Below, piece after piece: positions 1 to 9,986 of a DNA stretch of 64,000 bases. Location of the stretch: the IMG/VR virus record IMGVR_UViG_3300025929_000013, positions 1-64,000 of that record. The stretch is one strand, 5' to 3'. This stretch comes from a virus. The notes beneath the pieces were generated by a model. It was given only the letters and a program-made list of their open reading frames with translations. It had not been told where the DNA came from and made no database searches. The position numbers and the translations under genes were made by a program. Each line of letters opens with the position of its first letter. Position 1 is the first letter of the stretch.

Positions 1-29
1 TAAGCGACCGGACCGAGCGCGAGACCGAT

Positions 30-599
30 GTGCGCAATATGGCGCGCGTCGTGCGCAAGGTCGCCCGGGATATCGCGCAGATTCGGCGCGAAATCGCTGA
101 GGGGCTGGCGCACGATTTCCACTACATCGTGCGCGCATGGGACGCGGCCAAGTCCGCGTACGCGCAGTCCGGCGACTACGAAACCGCCTACTTGGCGTTT
201 CAAGATCTTCGCACGCGCAAAATCCAGGCTCTTCGCTGGGCCGACGCGCTAGAGGCGCGGGCGGTCGCCGGTGAGGTGACCTTGGTTGAGGCGCGCGTAA
301 TCGTCGCCAAGCGTCGCACGCTGGCCAAGCGCGCCAAGCTGACGCCGGTCATCGACGCGCAACGCGCGAAAGCCGCTCGCGAGCGGCCCGAATGGCTGAA
401 GGAAGCGGACGCGCGAGCGGACGTGATCCTGACGGATGACGAGCGTACGGCGCGCGCGGAAGCGGACGCGGCCTTGCGTGAGCAAATGCAGGTGAGCACG
501 GCGCGCGCGGTTTCCTTGGCGCCGGAAGCGATCTTCAAGGCGCCGGTCATGGCCGCGCCGACCGTGGACAGCAAGTACTTCACTCGCGGCACCGACTAG
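30..599 (+). CDS. hypothetical protein
   Basis: ORF track; first gene of the co-oriented run. Confidence 0.6.
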   Translation: MRNMARVVRKVARDIAQIRREIAEGLAHDFHYIVRAWDAAKSAYAQSGDYETAYLAFQDLRTRKIQALRWADALEARAVAGEVTLVEARVIVAKRRTLAKRAKLTPVIDAQRAKAARERPEWLKEADARADVILTDDERTARAEADAALREQMQVSTARAVSLAPEAIFKAPVMAAPTVDSKYFTRGTD

Positions 600-608
600 G
601 GGTTGATC

Positions 609-917
609 ATGAGCAGCGTATTCGACGTGCTCACCATCGTAAGCGCGAGCGGCGGCCGGGAACCCGCCCGGCATAGGGACGTCATCGTTCTCCGTACCCG
701 GTTTGAGCCGGACACGGTGGCGCGGGCCGACGCTCGGATCAGCAAGCTTTTCGCTTATCACGCACGCGGCCTCCTGTCGGACGGCGACCTTTACGCGGAG
801 CTCTGCCACGAGTACATGCGGCTTGACGACGAACTGGGATACCCCGTGAACCCCAGGGCGGCGGCCCAGTGTGCCGAAGAAAGAATGACCTGGGGTCCGC
901 TGCCTGAGGAGTACTAG
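609..917 (+). CDS. hypothetical protein
   Basis: ORF track; followed by a terminator hairpin. Confidence 0.6.
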   Translation: MSSVFDVLTIVSASGGREPARHRDVIVLRTRFEPDTVARADARISKLFAYHARGLLSDGDLYAELCHEYMRLDDELGYPVNPRAAAQCAEERMTWGPLPEEY

Positions 918-931
918 GCAGCACACGCCAG

Positions 932-956
932 AGCGCCCCTTTCGAGGGGCGCTTTC
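932..956 (+). terminator. hairpin terminator
   Basis: AGCGCCCCT-TTCG-AGGGGCGCT followed by TT. Confidence 0.65.
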
Positions 957-1559
957 GCGTACCCGCGCTCACTGACGGGCGCCGCTCTCTCCCCACACGC
1001 CTTGCCGCACCAGGGCGTTGAGAGCGGCGCCTCTCTGTTTGCCCGGACACGCCGAGAAATTGGGAGCTTGATCATGAACCCGGTCGTTTTCAGCACGTCC
1101 ACCGGTGGATACGTCACGCCGATTCGGGGTGACCGCCGGTACGTCAAGGACGAGTTGCGGGCACGGGGACTCGCGGCGGGATTCACGCCCGAGCAGATCG
1201 AATGGGCGATCAAGAAATTCCGCGCCGTCTGACGCGCGGAAAATCCGTGAACGTCGGCCCAGAAAATCCACGACGAGAGGGAGAGTCATGACGTATCGCG
1301 AGGCTATCTGGAATGCACTCTCGGACGCCGCTCGGGAGCGGCTGATGCTTTCCTACATACGCAGGATGCGAGTGAGGGGCCCGCGCTTCTGGACCGTGTC
1401 ACGCGCCTACTGGGAGACGTCCAAGGTCGAGTGGACGCGCATCTACCGCCAGCAGGCGAACGCGCTCAGCTGACTTATCCGTGTCCGCCCCGGCTCGAAT
1501 TTCGGGTCCGGGGTCGAATGCGTGTAATTCGGCGCAGACATCGAGACAGGGGAGAGACT

Positions 1560-2090
1560 GTGATCTCGAGTTTCAGCGGCCCGTGCGCGACGTCGGCGCC
1601 GGAAACGCTGGTCAGCAAGCTCGCGGACCGGATCGCCACGCTGGCCGCGTACAACGCGGTCGAGCCGTTCGAGTACACGAGCGCCGTGGCCCTGGCGGAC
1701 CGGCGCGTGTGGTGGGCCAGCAAGCGCAAGGCCGACGCGGAGAAGCGGCTGGCACGGCTGGTCAAGGGCACCGTGAAGTACACGAACCTGTGCAACAAGC
1801 TCTACGGGCAGGACACCGTTCCCACCGGCCCGGGAGTGAACCTCTTCGAGGTCGGCACGCTCGCGTACGTCGAGTCGCCGTCCAGCGACGGCTACGTCCT
1901 GGTGCCGTGCACGGTGGTCAAGGTGACCGAGGACGACGTGCAGGTCAAGATCAACACCGCGCGCTGCGGATACGCGCGGGGCACGCTCGTGAACACGGGG
2001 CACCGGGACGTGATCCCGCGCACGCGGGTCGAAAAGCCCAAGAGCCGCGACTACGTGATCAACCCCGGCTGGATCTGGGCGCAGAGCTGA
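1560..2090 (+). CDS. hypothetical protein
   Basis: GGAG RBS before GTG; stop overlaps next start. Confidence 0.65.
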   Translation: MISSFSGPCATSAPETLVSKLADRIATLAAYNAVEPFEYTSAVALADRRVWWASKRKADAEKRLARLVKGTVKYTNLCNKLYGQDTVPTGPGVNLFEVGTLAYVESPSSDGYVLVPCTVVKVTEDDVQVKINTARCGYARGTLVNTGHRDVIPRTRVEKPKSRDYVINPGWIWAQS

Positions 2091-2284
2091 TGCAGCGCGA
2101 AGGGACGCCGGTCGCCGAAATCAAGGTCGGCGATTCGTTCCGGCACTGGGCGCACGGCATCGTGACCGTGCGCGAAAAGGTCGAGGGGATTGGGCGCATC
2201 CTGCTCAGACTCGACACCGAGACCGGCCACACGGCGGATGCCTACCGGCCGGACGCCCGATTGAGACTGATCAAGGAGGGGTGA
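2090..2284 (+). CDS. small hypothetical protein
   Basis: TGATG coupling. Confidence 0.6.
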   Translation: MQREGTPVAEIKVGDSFRHWAHGIVTVREKVEGIGRILLRLDTETGHTADAYRPDARLRLIKEG

Positions 2285-2285
2285 C

Positions 2286-2648
2286 ATGGAACCGCCCAAG
2301 TGGCAGCACGGCTTTCGCAGCGTGATCACGATGACGTCCAGCGGCCTGCCGTGGCGCACAAGCGGCAAGCTCTACGTCGACCTGAAAGACCTCATCGAGG
2401 ACCAGATCAGGTTCGTGGGGGTCCAGTTGGAAGTGAGCAACAAGGAGGCCGAGGAAAAGTACTTCGCAAGCGCGTCGTACCTGCCCGGCAAGGAGCCTGA
2501 GTTCGAGGTGGCGCGTTGGAGGTTCACCCGCGAGATGGTGATCTTCAACGCCGATCGGTCGATCGTGATCAAGCGGGACGAGATCGCGTCGTTCAAGATG
2601 ACCCGGCGCGATGACGAGACCAACAAGATCTTCTGGGCGGGGGAGTGA
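2286..2648 (+). CDS. hypothetical protein
   Basis: AGGAGG RBS. Confidence 0.7.
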   Translation: MEPPKWQHGFRSVITMTSSGLPWRTSGKLYVDLKDLIEDQIRFVGVQLEVSNKEAEEKYFASASYLPGKEPEFEVARWRFTREMVIFNADRSIVIKRDEIASFKMTRRDDETNKIFWAGE

Positions 2649-2830
2649 TCATGCAGGCGCTCGCGGTCGACGACAATACCTGCCTGAGCTACAAGCGGCG
2701 CGAGGTAGCGCGGCTGACCGGAGTCTGGCACGGCAACGAGCCCGCCAGCGTCGTGAAGGACAGATACGCTGCACTCATGGCGGTCGGTGTCCCGGACCAG
2801 GTGGCGGCTCGCCGTCTCGTCGGAATCTGA
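2645..2830 (+). CDS. small hypothetical protein
   Basis: coupled ORF. Confidence 0.55.
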   Translation: MIMQALAVDDNTCLSYKRREVARLTGVWHGNEPASVVKDRYAALMAVGVPDQVAARRLVGI

Positions 2831-2841
2831 TCGGAGTAGCA

Positions 2842-3177
2842 ATGGCCATCGGTGAGTGCCTAGGCACCATCTGGGTGTGCGTCGGCTGCCTGATGATGGA
2901 GGCGAACGGCGAGAATATCGGCGACGGCGGGGACGGAATCCAGCCGCTCGCGATTATCGAGCCGCCGTATTTCCTCACGCTCGGCATGGGCTGGGAGGAC
3001 CACGCGACCGACTGCCTGATCTTCAAGGACAAGAATCGGGGCAACGTCGCGAATATCAAGGGCGGTTACGAATGCGAGTGCGAGACCAACACGTTCTCGA
3101 AATCGCAGTGTGAGGGCTGCGGCTCGTTCCTTGCAGGTGAGCGCCACGCAATGACGCTTTGGAAAAAGGAGGGCTGA
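2842..3177 (+). CDS. Cys-rich (CxxC) hypothetical protein
   Basis: CVGC, CEC, CEGC motifs; GGAG RBS. Confidence 0.7.
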   Translation: MAIGECLGTIWVCVGCLMMEANGENIGDGGDGIQPLAIIEPPYFLTLGMGWEDHATDCLIFKDKNRGNVANIKGGYECECETNTFSKSQCEGCGSFLAGERHAMTLWKKEG

Positions 3178-3494
3178 TGTATCCGCTCCCGCAATTCCCG
3201 CTGATCAACTTCTACGAGCCGCAAGTCCGGCGCGGCAAGACGAGTAAGACGGGCCGGGTGGACGCCGCGACGTTCAGCCTCTGCCTCGACGAGGACGAGA
3301 TCGGCGAGATCCGCAAGAAGCTGGCCACCGGCCTCTACGACGACGTCACGGTGATCGAGGCGTGCGAGGACGGTCAGGTCCGGCGCCGGTACACGGTCAA
3401 GGACGGCAAGATCGTCTCCGGCGTGCGCTTCAGCCGGATCGACTACGAGTGCCGCCGCCCGTTCCCCATCAACATCCCTGCGGAGGCATCGTGA
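3177..3494 (+). CDS. hypothetical protein
   Basis: AGGAGG RBS, TGATG coupling. Confidence 0.7.
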   Translation: MYPLPQFPLINFYEPQVRRGKTSKTGRVDAATFSLCLDEDEIGEIRKKLATGLYDDVTVIEACEDGQVRRRYTVKDGKIVSGVRFSRIDYECRRPFPINIPAEAS

Positions 3495-3952
3495 AGGCCA
3501 CGTACAAGATCGAGCCCTACCTGGACGACGCCATGGGCTACGCGGTGTTGGAGGTGGAGGGGGAGTTCGAGCATGAGCACCCGGTCGATGGCACGGATCT
3601 CGACGACCACACGATCGGCCCGCACGTCTCCGTCACCGGCATGCTGACCTGGCACGAGAACGGCGGGGAGATCGAATTCGAGTCCTACGGGAGCGGCCAC
3701 TTCCACTCGATCGACGAGGGCGCCGCGCTGCTGGAGTCCTTCACGCTCTCCACGGACAGCGGCGTCGGCGCCGACTACTGGGCCGACTGGACACCAGAAC
3801 AGATCGCGTGGCGCGACAAGCACGCGGAGTACGTGGACTCCATGCGGATGTGCGAGGGGGAGGACGACGAGGGCGCCGACAATCCGTGCGGCAAGCCGCA
3901 CCCGGACGGCTGCTATGGCCAGAGCCTCAAGCACCTACGGGCGGACGCCTAG
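3491..3952 (+). CDS. acidic hypothetical protein
   Basis: GGAGG RBS, GTGA coupling. Confidence 0.7.
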   Translation: MKATYKIEPYLDDAMGYAVLEVEGEFEHEHPVDGTDLDDHTIGPHVSVTGMLTWHENGGEIEFESYGSGHFHSIDEGAALLESFTLSTDSGVGADYWADWTPEQIAWRDKHAEYVDSMRMCEGEDDEGADNPCGKPHPDGCYGQSLKHLRADA

Positions 3953-4029
3953 AGCGGTAGGGGAGCGTGTCGGCGCGCGTTGATAGGCTCCAACGTCGTC
4001 CTAGAGCAGTCGAATCGAGAGGATTGATC

Positions 4030-4239
4030 GTGGCAAACGTGCTGGTGAAAGAGGACCTGCCGGACATGGTGTGGTCGGTGCACGTGGACGGCGAGATCAT
4101 CGCGACATTCATGAACGCCGATGAGGGCGTTATCACCTGGTACCCGAGCCACTCGAACGAGCCGGAGTACCTGGACGTCAACACCGCGAGTGCGCGGATC
4201 AAGTCCTACGGCGATGTCACGTGGGCGGAATTCAAATAG
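4030..4239 (+). CDS. small hypothetical protein
   Basis: GAGG RBS. Confidence 0.6.
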   Translation: MANVLVKEDLPDMVWSVHVDGEIIATFMNADEGVITWYPSHSNEPEYLDVNTASARIKSYGDVTWAEFK

Positions 4240-4247
4240 GAGGGGCG

Positions 4248-4565
4248 ATGCAGCCGACCACCATGATCACAGTCCAGGTGACCGCGCCCTGGCGCGAGGA
4301 GCCCTACGAAGTCGAATGGACGTTGTACGTCCAGCGGGAGGGCGCCCGGTATTTCTACCGACCTGAGCACATCGGCGATCTCGTGACGACCGTGGGCGAC
4401 TCCCGCCCCGGAGCGCGAGAGTCCGGCATGCGGGAGGTGGTCGCGGTCACCGACCACACGTGCACCGCGCTGACCGGTTGCGACGGCACGTGCGGCCGGG
4501 ACCACCTGTCCGACGAGTGCTGCGTCGAGGAAATCGACCTGCCCGACTACCGCGAGGAGGCCTGA
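4248..4565 (+). CDS. hypothetical protein
   Basis: AGGAGG RBS. Confidence 0.7.
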   Translation: MQPTTMITVQVTAPWREEPYEVEWTLYVQREGARYFYRPEHIGDLVTTVGDSRPGARESGMREVVAVTDHTCTALTGCDGTCGRDHLSDECCVEEIDLPDYREEA

Positions 4566-4843
4566 TGTACGGCGATTACGACCAGATGCGCGCGTGGGCT
4601 CGCGGGGAGGCCAACGGGACCTCGGTCGCGGACGAGTGGGACCGCAGCTGGACCGGCCCGGAACTGGCCGAGACGTTCGATCCGTACGACCCGGATCAGG
4701 CGCAAATCATGCGGGACGTGATCGAGACCGACGCGCGCACCGACCGCGAGATCCGCGAGCGGCAGCTGGTGCGGCGCGTCCAGGCGCTGTCCGCGCGGCT
4801 GGAAGAGATCGACCCGGAATTCGACCCTGACGAGGTGCTGTAG
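4565..4843 (+). CDS. acidic hypothetical protein
   Basis: GGAGG RBS, TGATG coupling. Confidence 0.7.
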   Translation: MYGDYDQMRAWARGEANGTSVADEWDRSWTGPELAETFDPYDPDQAQIMRDVIETDARTDREIRERQLVRRVQALSARLEEIDPEFDPDEVL

Positions 4844-5658
4844 TGGAAATCAAGGAATACACGCCGGACGAGTTCAAGCAGAGCCTCGTCGAGCTGTACG
4901 AGGGTGACCCGGCGGGGCTGGCCACGCTGGTGCTCCAGCTCAACAACTGGCTCAGCCGCGGTATGCGGATCGCCGAGTATCGCAACGGGATGCTCAGCCC
5001 GTCGTCCTACTTCGACCGGCGCTATCTGGGATATGCGGCCGGTGACGAGATGCCGCGCGAGATCCCGGACAGTCAGGGACTGAGCGCACGCTACATCCTG
5101 CACGCAACGGTCTCGGAAACCGGCTGGGTGCTGAACCTGCCCACGGTGCTCGGCGAGCTCAAGATTCCGCGCCCGGCGGTCGCGTATATCAACGCGGGAT
5201 ACGACGTGAACGGGGCCGACCGCAAGGGCTGGGCGATCTACCGGGACCAGAAGTTGATCGAGTTCGTCCCCGAGGTCAGCAACGAGCACGACGCGCGGCT
5301 GAAGGAACTCGGCGCCGACAAGGAATGGGCGACCGGCGAGATCTCGGTGTCCGAGGAGGTGTGGGAGGAGATCACCAACGAGGACAACTGGCCGCCGTCG
5401 GATCCGCACAAATTCTCCAGCCACCGCGCCGAACGGCTCTACGGCGAGACGCTGGAGTCCTTCCAAGACGAGGACCTGGGCGATTCGGACTGGGGCTGGT
5501 TCGCCCTGTTCAAGATCGAGCAGGCGATCCTGAACGTCGACTCGCAGGGGTTCGTCTCGGTCGACGTCTACGAGGACGACACCGAGATGACTCGCCAGTG
5601 GGAAGAGCTCTCCGAGGCGTGGGAGCAGTACAACGACGAGGACGAGGAGGACGCATGA
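4843..5658 (+). CDS. acidic hypothetical protein (271 aa)
   Basis: ORF track; very D/E-rich C-terminus. Confidence 0.75.
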   Translation: MEIKEYTPDEFKQSLVELYEGDPAGLATLVLQLNNWLSRGMRIAEYRNGMLSPSSYFDRRYLGYAAGDEMPREIPDSQGLSARYILHATVSETGWVLNLPTVLGELKIPRPAVAYINAGYDVNGADRKGWAIYRDQKLIEFVPEVSNEHDARLKELGADKEWATGEISVSEEVWEEITNEDNWPPSDPHKFSSHRAERLYGETLESFQDEDLGDSDWGWFALFKIEQAILNVDSQGFVSVDVYEDDTEMTRQWEELSEAWEQYNDEDEEDA

Positions 5659-6095
5659 GCACGAAGATTCTGGGCTGGCCGGAGCCGACCGAAGTCGGCG
5701 GACACATGGTCAAGCGGTCGGACGGCGACCTCAGCAACCGGCGCGCGGTGTTCACCTGCGTGGACTGCGGCCTGAAAGAAACGGGCAGCGTGCTCGCGTT
5801 CGAGATCGGCATCGACGGCTGTCCGATGCGGCCGGAGAGCCTGAATCACATCTCGATCGGCAGCCCGGCCGCGACCGAGGGGATGAGCGCGGAGGAGCGC
5901 GCCCGCGCCTCGGCGGCGCACTGGCTCGACTACGCCAAGCGCATCGGCCTGCCGGTCGACAGCTGGACGGAGGTCTATCACGACCCGTTCGTCTGCGCCC
6001 GCTTCGCCTGGGGCGCGGAGGTCTACGAACTGCGCTACGGCCAGCGCGGTTCGCACGGCTCGAACCACATCCACGCAATCAAGGTCGAGGACTGA
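5655..6095 (+). CDS. hypothetical protein
   Basis: GAGGAGG RBS, ATGA coupling. Confidence 0.7.
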   Translation: MSTKILGWPEPTEVGGHMVKRSDGDLSNRRAVFTCVDCGLKETGSVLAFEIGIDGCPMRPESLNHISIGSPAATEGMSAEERARASAAHWLDYAKRIGLPVDSWTEVYHDPFVCARFAWGAEVYELRYGQRGSHGSNHIHAIKVED

Positions 6096-6096
6096 G

Positions 6097-6495
6097 ATGG
6101 GATACAACAGGGACGCGCTGCTCGCACTGTTCGAGAACGTCACGCCCGACGACGAGGAGCGGGACAAGAGCGAGCTGGCCGAGCTGATCGACGAGCACGG
6201 CTATGACGTGGTCCGCGCGACGATCGAGTACGCCCCGGACGGAGACCCCTCCGTCGAGATCCACGACCTGCGCAGGAACCTGGAAAACCACTACCGGGGC
6301 GCGTACCGCACCTTCGGCGAGTTCGTGCGGCAAGAGAAGGTCGCGTACCTCAGCGGGAAGGCAGAGGAGATCTTCAACGAGCTCGTCGAATACGTGGACT
6401 GGGAGGAGTACAGCGAGCGGCCCGAGTGGTCGGGCTACAGAACGATCAAGCTGGACTCCGACGACGAGTCCGGGCCCGTCTACGTCTTCAGCTAG
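6097..6495 (+). CDS. ArdA-like antirestriction (DNA mimic) protein, paralog 1
   Basis: Acidic; ENHYRGAYRTFGEF...YVDWEEY...VYVF resembles the ArdA C-terminal YxGxYxSxxDFA...YFDYE pattern. Confidence 0.55.
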   Translation: MGYNRDALLALFENVTPDDEERDKSELAELIDEHGYDVVRATIEYAPDGDPSVEIHDLRRNLENHYRGAYRTFGEFVRQEKVAYLSGKAEEIFNELVEYVDWEEYSERPEWSGYRTIKLDSDDESGPVYVFS

Positions 6496-6508
6496 CGAGG
6501 AGCAAAAC

Positions 6509-6763
6509 GTGAGTGACACGCCTGAGGAAAACACCGAGTGGGTGCGCCAGTGGATCGTCGGCGGCGCCGACAACGAGGCCATGTATCGACAGGCCGTGGA
6601 TATCGCGGAGACCGGCGACAGCGACAAGCTGTGCGACTTCCTTACCCGAATCCTACGCGAGGCGCCGGAGGACACTCCCGCCTTCTACACCAACCGCGAC
6701 ATGAGCGACGCAGACATGGCGTCGGTCAACTGGGACGAGATCCGCGACAGCCTGCTGAACTGA
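6509..6763 (+). CDS. small acidic phage protein
   Basis: GAGGAG RBS; W..W...DNE.MY...VNWDEI pattern typical of small phage proteins. Confidence 0.65.
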   Translation: MSDTPEENTEWVRQWIVGGADNEAMYRQAVDIAETGDSDKLCDFLTRILREAPEDTPAFYTNRDMSDADMASVNWDEIRDSLLN

Positions 6764-6778
6764 GTGACAGAGAGAGCT

Positions 6779-7201
6779 ATGTCTGAGAAATACACGGTCG
6801 CGCAAATCCGCGAAGCGCTGGAGCGCGTCACCGCGCCGGACTACGAGATCGATTACGAGACGGCGCCGCCGCTGGAGGAAGTCCTCTATGAGCTGATCGA
6901 CGAGGGCACGGTGAGCGCGAACGGGCTGCGCGCCGGGCTCCAGTTCATGGAGTCGAACGACGACGGCCCGATGACGGCCACGCAGCTGCCCGATTACTGG
7001 AAGGACCACTACAAGCAGGCCTGGCCCTCCAAGGGCGCGTTCGCCCAGGACGACACCATGCAGTACTACGACGACGACACCGCCGAGGCGATCAAGAAAC
7101 TCGATGAGTGGATCAACTGGGAGGGTCTCGGCGACTCGTACACGTACAGCGATCACACCTTCATCGAGCTGGACGACGAACTCCACGTCTTCGGCCCCTG
7201 A
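6779..7201 (+). CDS. ArdA-like protein, paralog 2
   Basis: DHYKQAWPSKGAFA...WINWEGLG...HVF; acidic. Confidence 0.5.
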   Translation: MSEKYTVAQIREALERVTAPDYEIDYETAPPLEEVLYELIDEGTVSANGLRAGLQFMESNDDGPMTATQLPDYWKDHYKQAWPSKGAFAQDDTMQYYDDDTAEAIKKLDEWINWEGLGDSYTYSDHTFIELDDELHVFGP

Positions 7202-7242
7202 AACACACCACCCACGGCATAAATAACGGCTAATAGAAGGAG

Positions 7243-7809
7243 GTGCACGTGCGCGAGACCAAGCAGCAGTGGCAGCCCTGGCGTCATTACCGGGTGACCG
7301 AACTCGGCGGCAGCGTGCTGGAAGAGTACTTCACCCTGCCGAAGAACGCGGCGCGCGACACGGGAGCGCTGTTCACCGCACCGGACATCGACGCCGCACA
7401 CATCGGCGCGACCCTGATCCGGCTCGCGGAACTGTGGGGACCGGTGACGATCCGGCCGCTGGCGAAGACGCCCGACAGCATCACCGGCGCCAAAAGTCCG
7501 CACGCCGGGAGCAGGACCGTCGAGCGGCGGTGCAAGGACTCCGGATGCGACCAAACGGCCCACTACAGCTACGTGACCGAGTACGAGCGGCGCGAGCTGG
7601 AGGGGACGCCCTGGCACTGCTCCTCGATGTATCCGCCGTATCCGGACAGCGAGTCCGCCACCCGGCGGCATATCCGGTGCGCGCTGGCCGAGGCGGGCGC
7701 GCCGAATTCAGGGGAGCTGGCGGACGCCGTGCTGCTCGCGATCGGCGCGCAGCTCGACGAGCTGGAGACGTTCTGGCTCGCCCATTACGAGTGCACCAAG
7801 GAGGCCTGA
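7243..7809 (+). CDS. hypothetical protein
   Basis: AAGGAGG RBS. Confidence 0.7.
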   Translation: MHVRETKQQWQPWRHYRVTELGGSVLEEYFTLPKNAARDTGALFTAPDIDAAHIGATLIRLAELWGPVTIRPLAKTPDSITGAKSPHAGSRTVERRCKDSGCDQTAHYSYVTEYERRELEGTPWHCSSMYPPYPDSESATRRHIRCALAEAGAPNSGELADAVLLAIGAQLDELETFWLAHYECTKEA

Positions 7810-7810
7810 C

Positions 7811-8272
7811 ATGGGAGCGATCGGAAGCCACAAGCCGGACCCGCGGCTGCACCACCCGGACGGCTCGCATCGCACGACTGCGCGCAGCGCGAACGCCGCC
7901 GAGATGGCCTGGTTCGAGGAGCACGTGAAGGACCATGCGGAGCAGCACGAGATGCAGGCCGAGCAGTGGGCGCTCAGCCGCGCCCAGCTCTCACTGCTGC
8001 CGCAGGGTCACCGGCTCTACACCCGCGTCGTGAAGGTCAACGCCACCGACGGACGCGCGCATGTCATCGTCCGCTACCCGTGGGCGTCCGAGTTCGGGCT
8101 CACGATCCAGTGGGTGAACGTCGACCCGGCTCTGATCAGCTGCGAGCGCAGCCCGGAGGCGGGCGCGTACATCCTCGACGACTCCGGGATCGACGCCGGG
8201 GAGACGATCGTGATGCGCCTGGGCGAGGCGGTCCACGGCGACCGAGGCTACTTCTACCGGTACTCGCTCTAG
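7811..8272 (+). CDS. hypothetical protein
   Basis: AGGAGG RBS. Confidence 0.7.
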   Translation: MGAIGSHKPDPRLHHPDGSHRTTARSANAAEMAWFEEHVKDHAEQHEMQAEQWALSRAQLSLLPQGHRLYTRVVKVNATDGRAHVIVRYPWASEFGLTIQWVNVDPALISCERSPEAGAYILDDSGIDAGETIVMRLGEAVHGDRGYFYRYSL

Positions 8273-8277
8273 GAGGA

Positions 8278-8697
8278 ATGATCATGCCCGAGCAGGAGTA
8301 CACCGAGGACCAGGTCCACGCGAACTTCGAGAACATCCGCTTCTCGTGGGAGGAGCCGGACGGCGAGTTGGAGGAGGCGATCCTCGCCGTCTACCGGATG
8401 CCGACGGTCAACGAGGACGAGTCCGTCGTCGAGGCCGTGATCGCGTTCATGATGGAACACGAGGGCCCGACCTACACGCCCGAGCTGATCCGCGCGTACG
8501 GCGACCGGTACCAGATCAGCTACAAGGACGCGAATGAGCTCGCGGAGGAGGACCTGCGCAACGTGATCGGCGAGGAGATCGTGCGGTTCTTCACCTACAT
8601 CGATCTCGACCGGCTCGGCGGCGATCTCGTGAGTGACGACGCGACCCACTACTTCGAGCACGGCGGCCGGATCCACTATTTCGGATCCGAGGCCTGA
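8278..8697 (+). CDS. ArdA-like protein, paralog 3
   Basis: DRYQISYKDANELAEE...YIDLDRLGGDL...HYF; acidic. Confidence 0.55.
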   Translation: MIMPEQEYTEDQVHANFENIRFSWEEPDGELEEAILAVYRMPTVNEDESVVEAVIAFMMEHEGPTYTPELIRAYGDRYQISYKDANELAEEDLRNVIGEEIVRFFTYIDLDRLGGDLVSDDATHYFEHGGRIHYFGSEA

Positions 8698-8698
8698 C

Positions 8699-8968
8699 AT
8701 GGCCGAGGGAAGGACGCGGATCCGCGTCACGCTGCCCGTGCTGGCCACATTCGAGACGACACTCGACACGGCGGCCCTGCTGCACGTCGGCGACTGTGAC
8801 ATGGCTCTTATCAAGGAGATGTCGCCGCAAGAACTCGGCGCGATGGTTTTCGACCATGAGGATTTCCTCGGGATGACGCCATTTCGCTATGTGGTGAGCG
8901 CCGTCACATCCAGAGTGCATGGGGTCGAGCCGACCGCGCAGATCATCGAGGAGGGAGAAAATGGCTGA
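8699..8968 (+). CDS. hypothetical protein
   Basis: coupled ORF. Confidence 0.6.
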   Translation: MAEGRTRIRVTLPVLATFETTLDTAALLHVGDCDMALIKEMSPQELGAMVFDHEDFLGMTPFRYVVSAVTSRVHGVEPTAQIIEEGENG

Positions 8969-9248
8969 GTCCACGACGGTCGTCGTGTTCCGCAAGTGGC
9001 GCGACAAGAGCGTGATCGGGGACGGCGTGATCGCCCTGTTCCCCGAGATCGACGACGGGCGCGGGATGTGCTCCTCGTTCGAGCACGTCGGCCAGCACGG
9101 CGCCGCGGACTACGACGGCGTCATCTCACGTACCCGCGCGGCGGATCCGGCGGAGTACGCCGCGCTCAAGGCGGAGCTGGAGGCCGCGCCCTACAACTAC
9201 AAGCTGGATGTCCGCAAACGACGCAACGGGAGGGCCAATGCCTCTTAG
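8961..9248 (+). CDS. conserved phage hypothetical protein
   Basis: VVFRKW...VIALFP...HVGQHGAA...EYAALKAELE motif familiar from mobile elements. Confidence 0.75.
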   Translation: MAESTTVVVFRKWRDKSVIGDGVIALFPEIDDGRGMCSSFEHVGQHGAADYDGVISRTRAADPAEYAALKAELEAAPYNYKLDVRKRRNGRANAS

Positions 9249-9615
9249 ATACGACCTGAGCAAGATCGAGGGCTTCGAAGCCCTCTGCTACGTCGACACG
9301 CCCCTGGGACGCGTGCTCAACCCGGTTACCGAGGCATTGATTATCAACGACGTCGGCTACCGCGAAATCACCGCGATGAACTCGGCGGATTTCTTTCATC
9401 GGCACTGCCTGCTCGCGGCCGTCCTCGGCGCGCCGGTCATCAACGGCGACGGCTCCGACTGGTATTTCACGCAGGGCGACGTCAATGCGCATATCGGCCT
9501 GGTGACCAACCACACCCAGCTGACCGACAGCAAGTTCAAGGCGGCCGTCTGGCAGCTGGTGGAGGAGAAGGCCAGGAAGCTGCGCATCCAGCACCGGGTC
9601 AAGGTAGAGGCCTGA
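9238..9615 (+). CDS. hypothetical protein
   Basis: GGAGG RBS. Confidence 0.7.
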   Translation: MPLRYDLSKIEGFEALCYVDTPLGRVLNPVTEALIINDVGYREITAMNSADFFHRHCLLAAVLGAPVINGDGSDWYFTQGDVNAHIGLVTNHTQLTDSKFKAAVWQLVEEKARKLRIQHRVKVEA

Positions 9616-9617
9616 CC

Positions 9618-9971
9618 GTGTTCAGCGCGCGGTCTTCAGACCTCAAGCTGAAGGCCAAGCGGTCCTACACGGAAGGAGAGGAGTACATGATAATTCTCGG
9701 CATCCCGAAACTCGTCGAGGACGGCGAGTGGCGTATTCCGATGGTCGACCCCGATACCAAGGCGCGTTTCGGGCACGTCACCGCGTGGGAACCGGAAGGC
9801 GGCGATCCCGCTGCGACAACATGGGACGCCTGGCTCACGCTCGACTGCCTCGGGCGGGACGTGCTAGTCGGCAACGGTCTGAGCCACATCAAGGCGTTAC
9901 ATGCGCTGGCCGACGCACACCAGCGTTTCCAGGCCGGTAAGAATCCGGAGACCTTCGAGATCGTCCGCTAG
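9618..9971 (+). CDS. hypothetical protein
   Basis: ORF track. Confidence 0.6.
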   Translation: MFSARSSDLKLKAKRSYTEGEEYMIILGIPKLVEDGEWRIPMVDPDTKARFGHVTAWEPEGGDPAATTWDAWLTLDCLGRDVLVGNGLSHIKALHALADAHQRFQAGKNPETFEIVR

Positions 9972-9986
9972 ACAAGGGAGAGCAGC

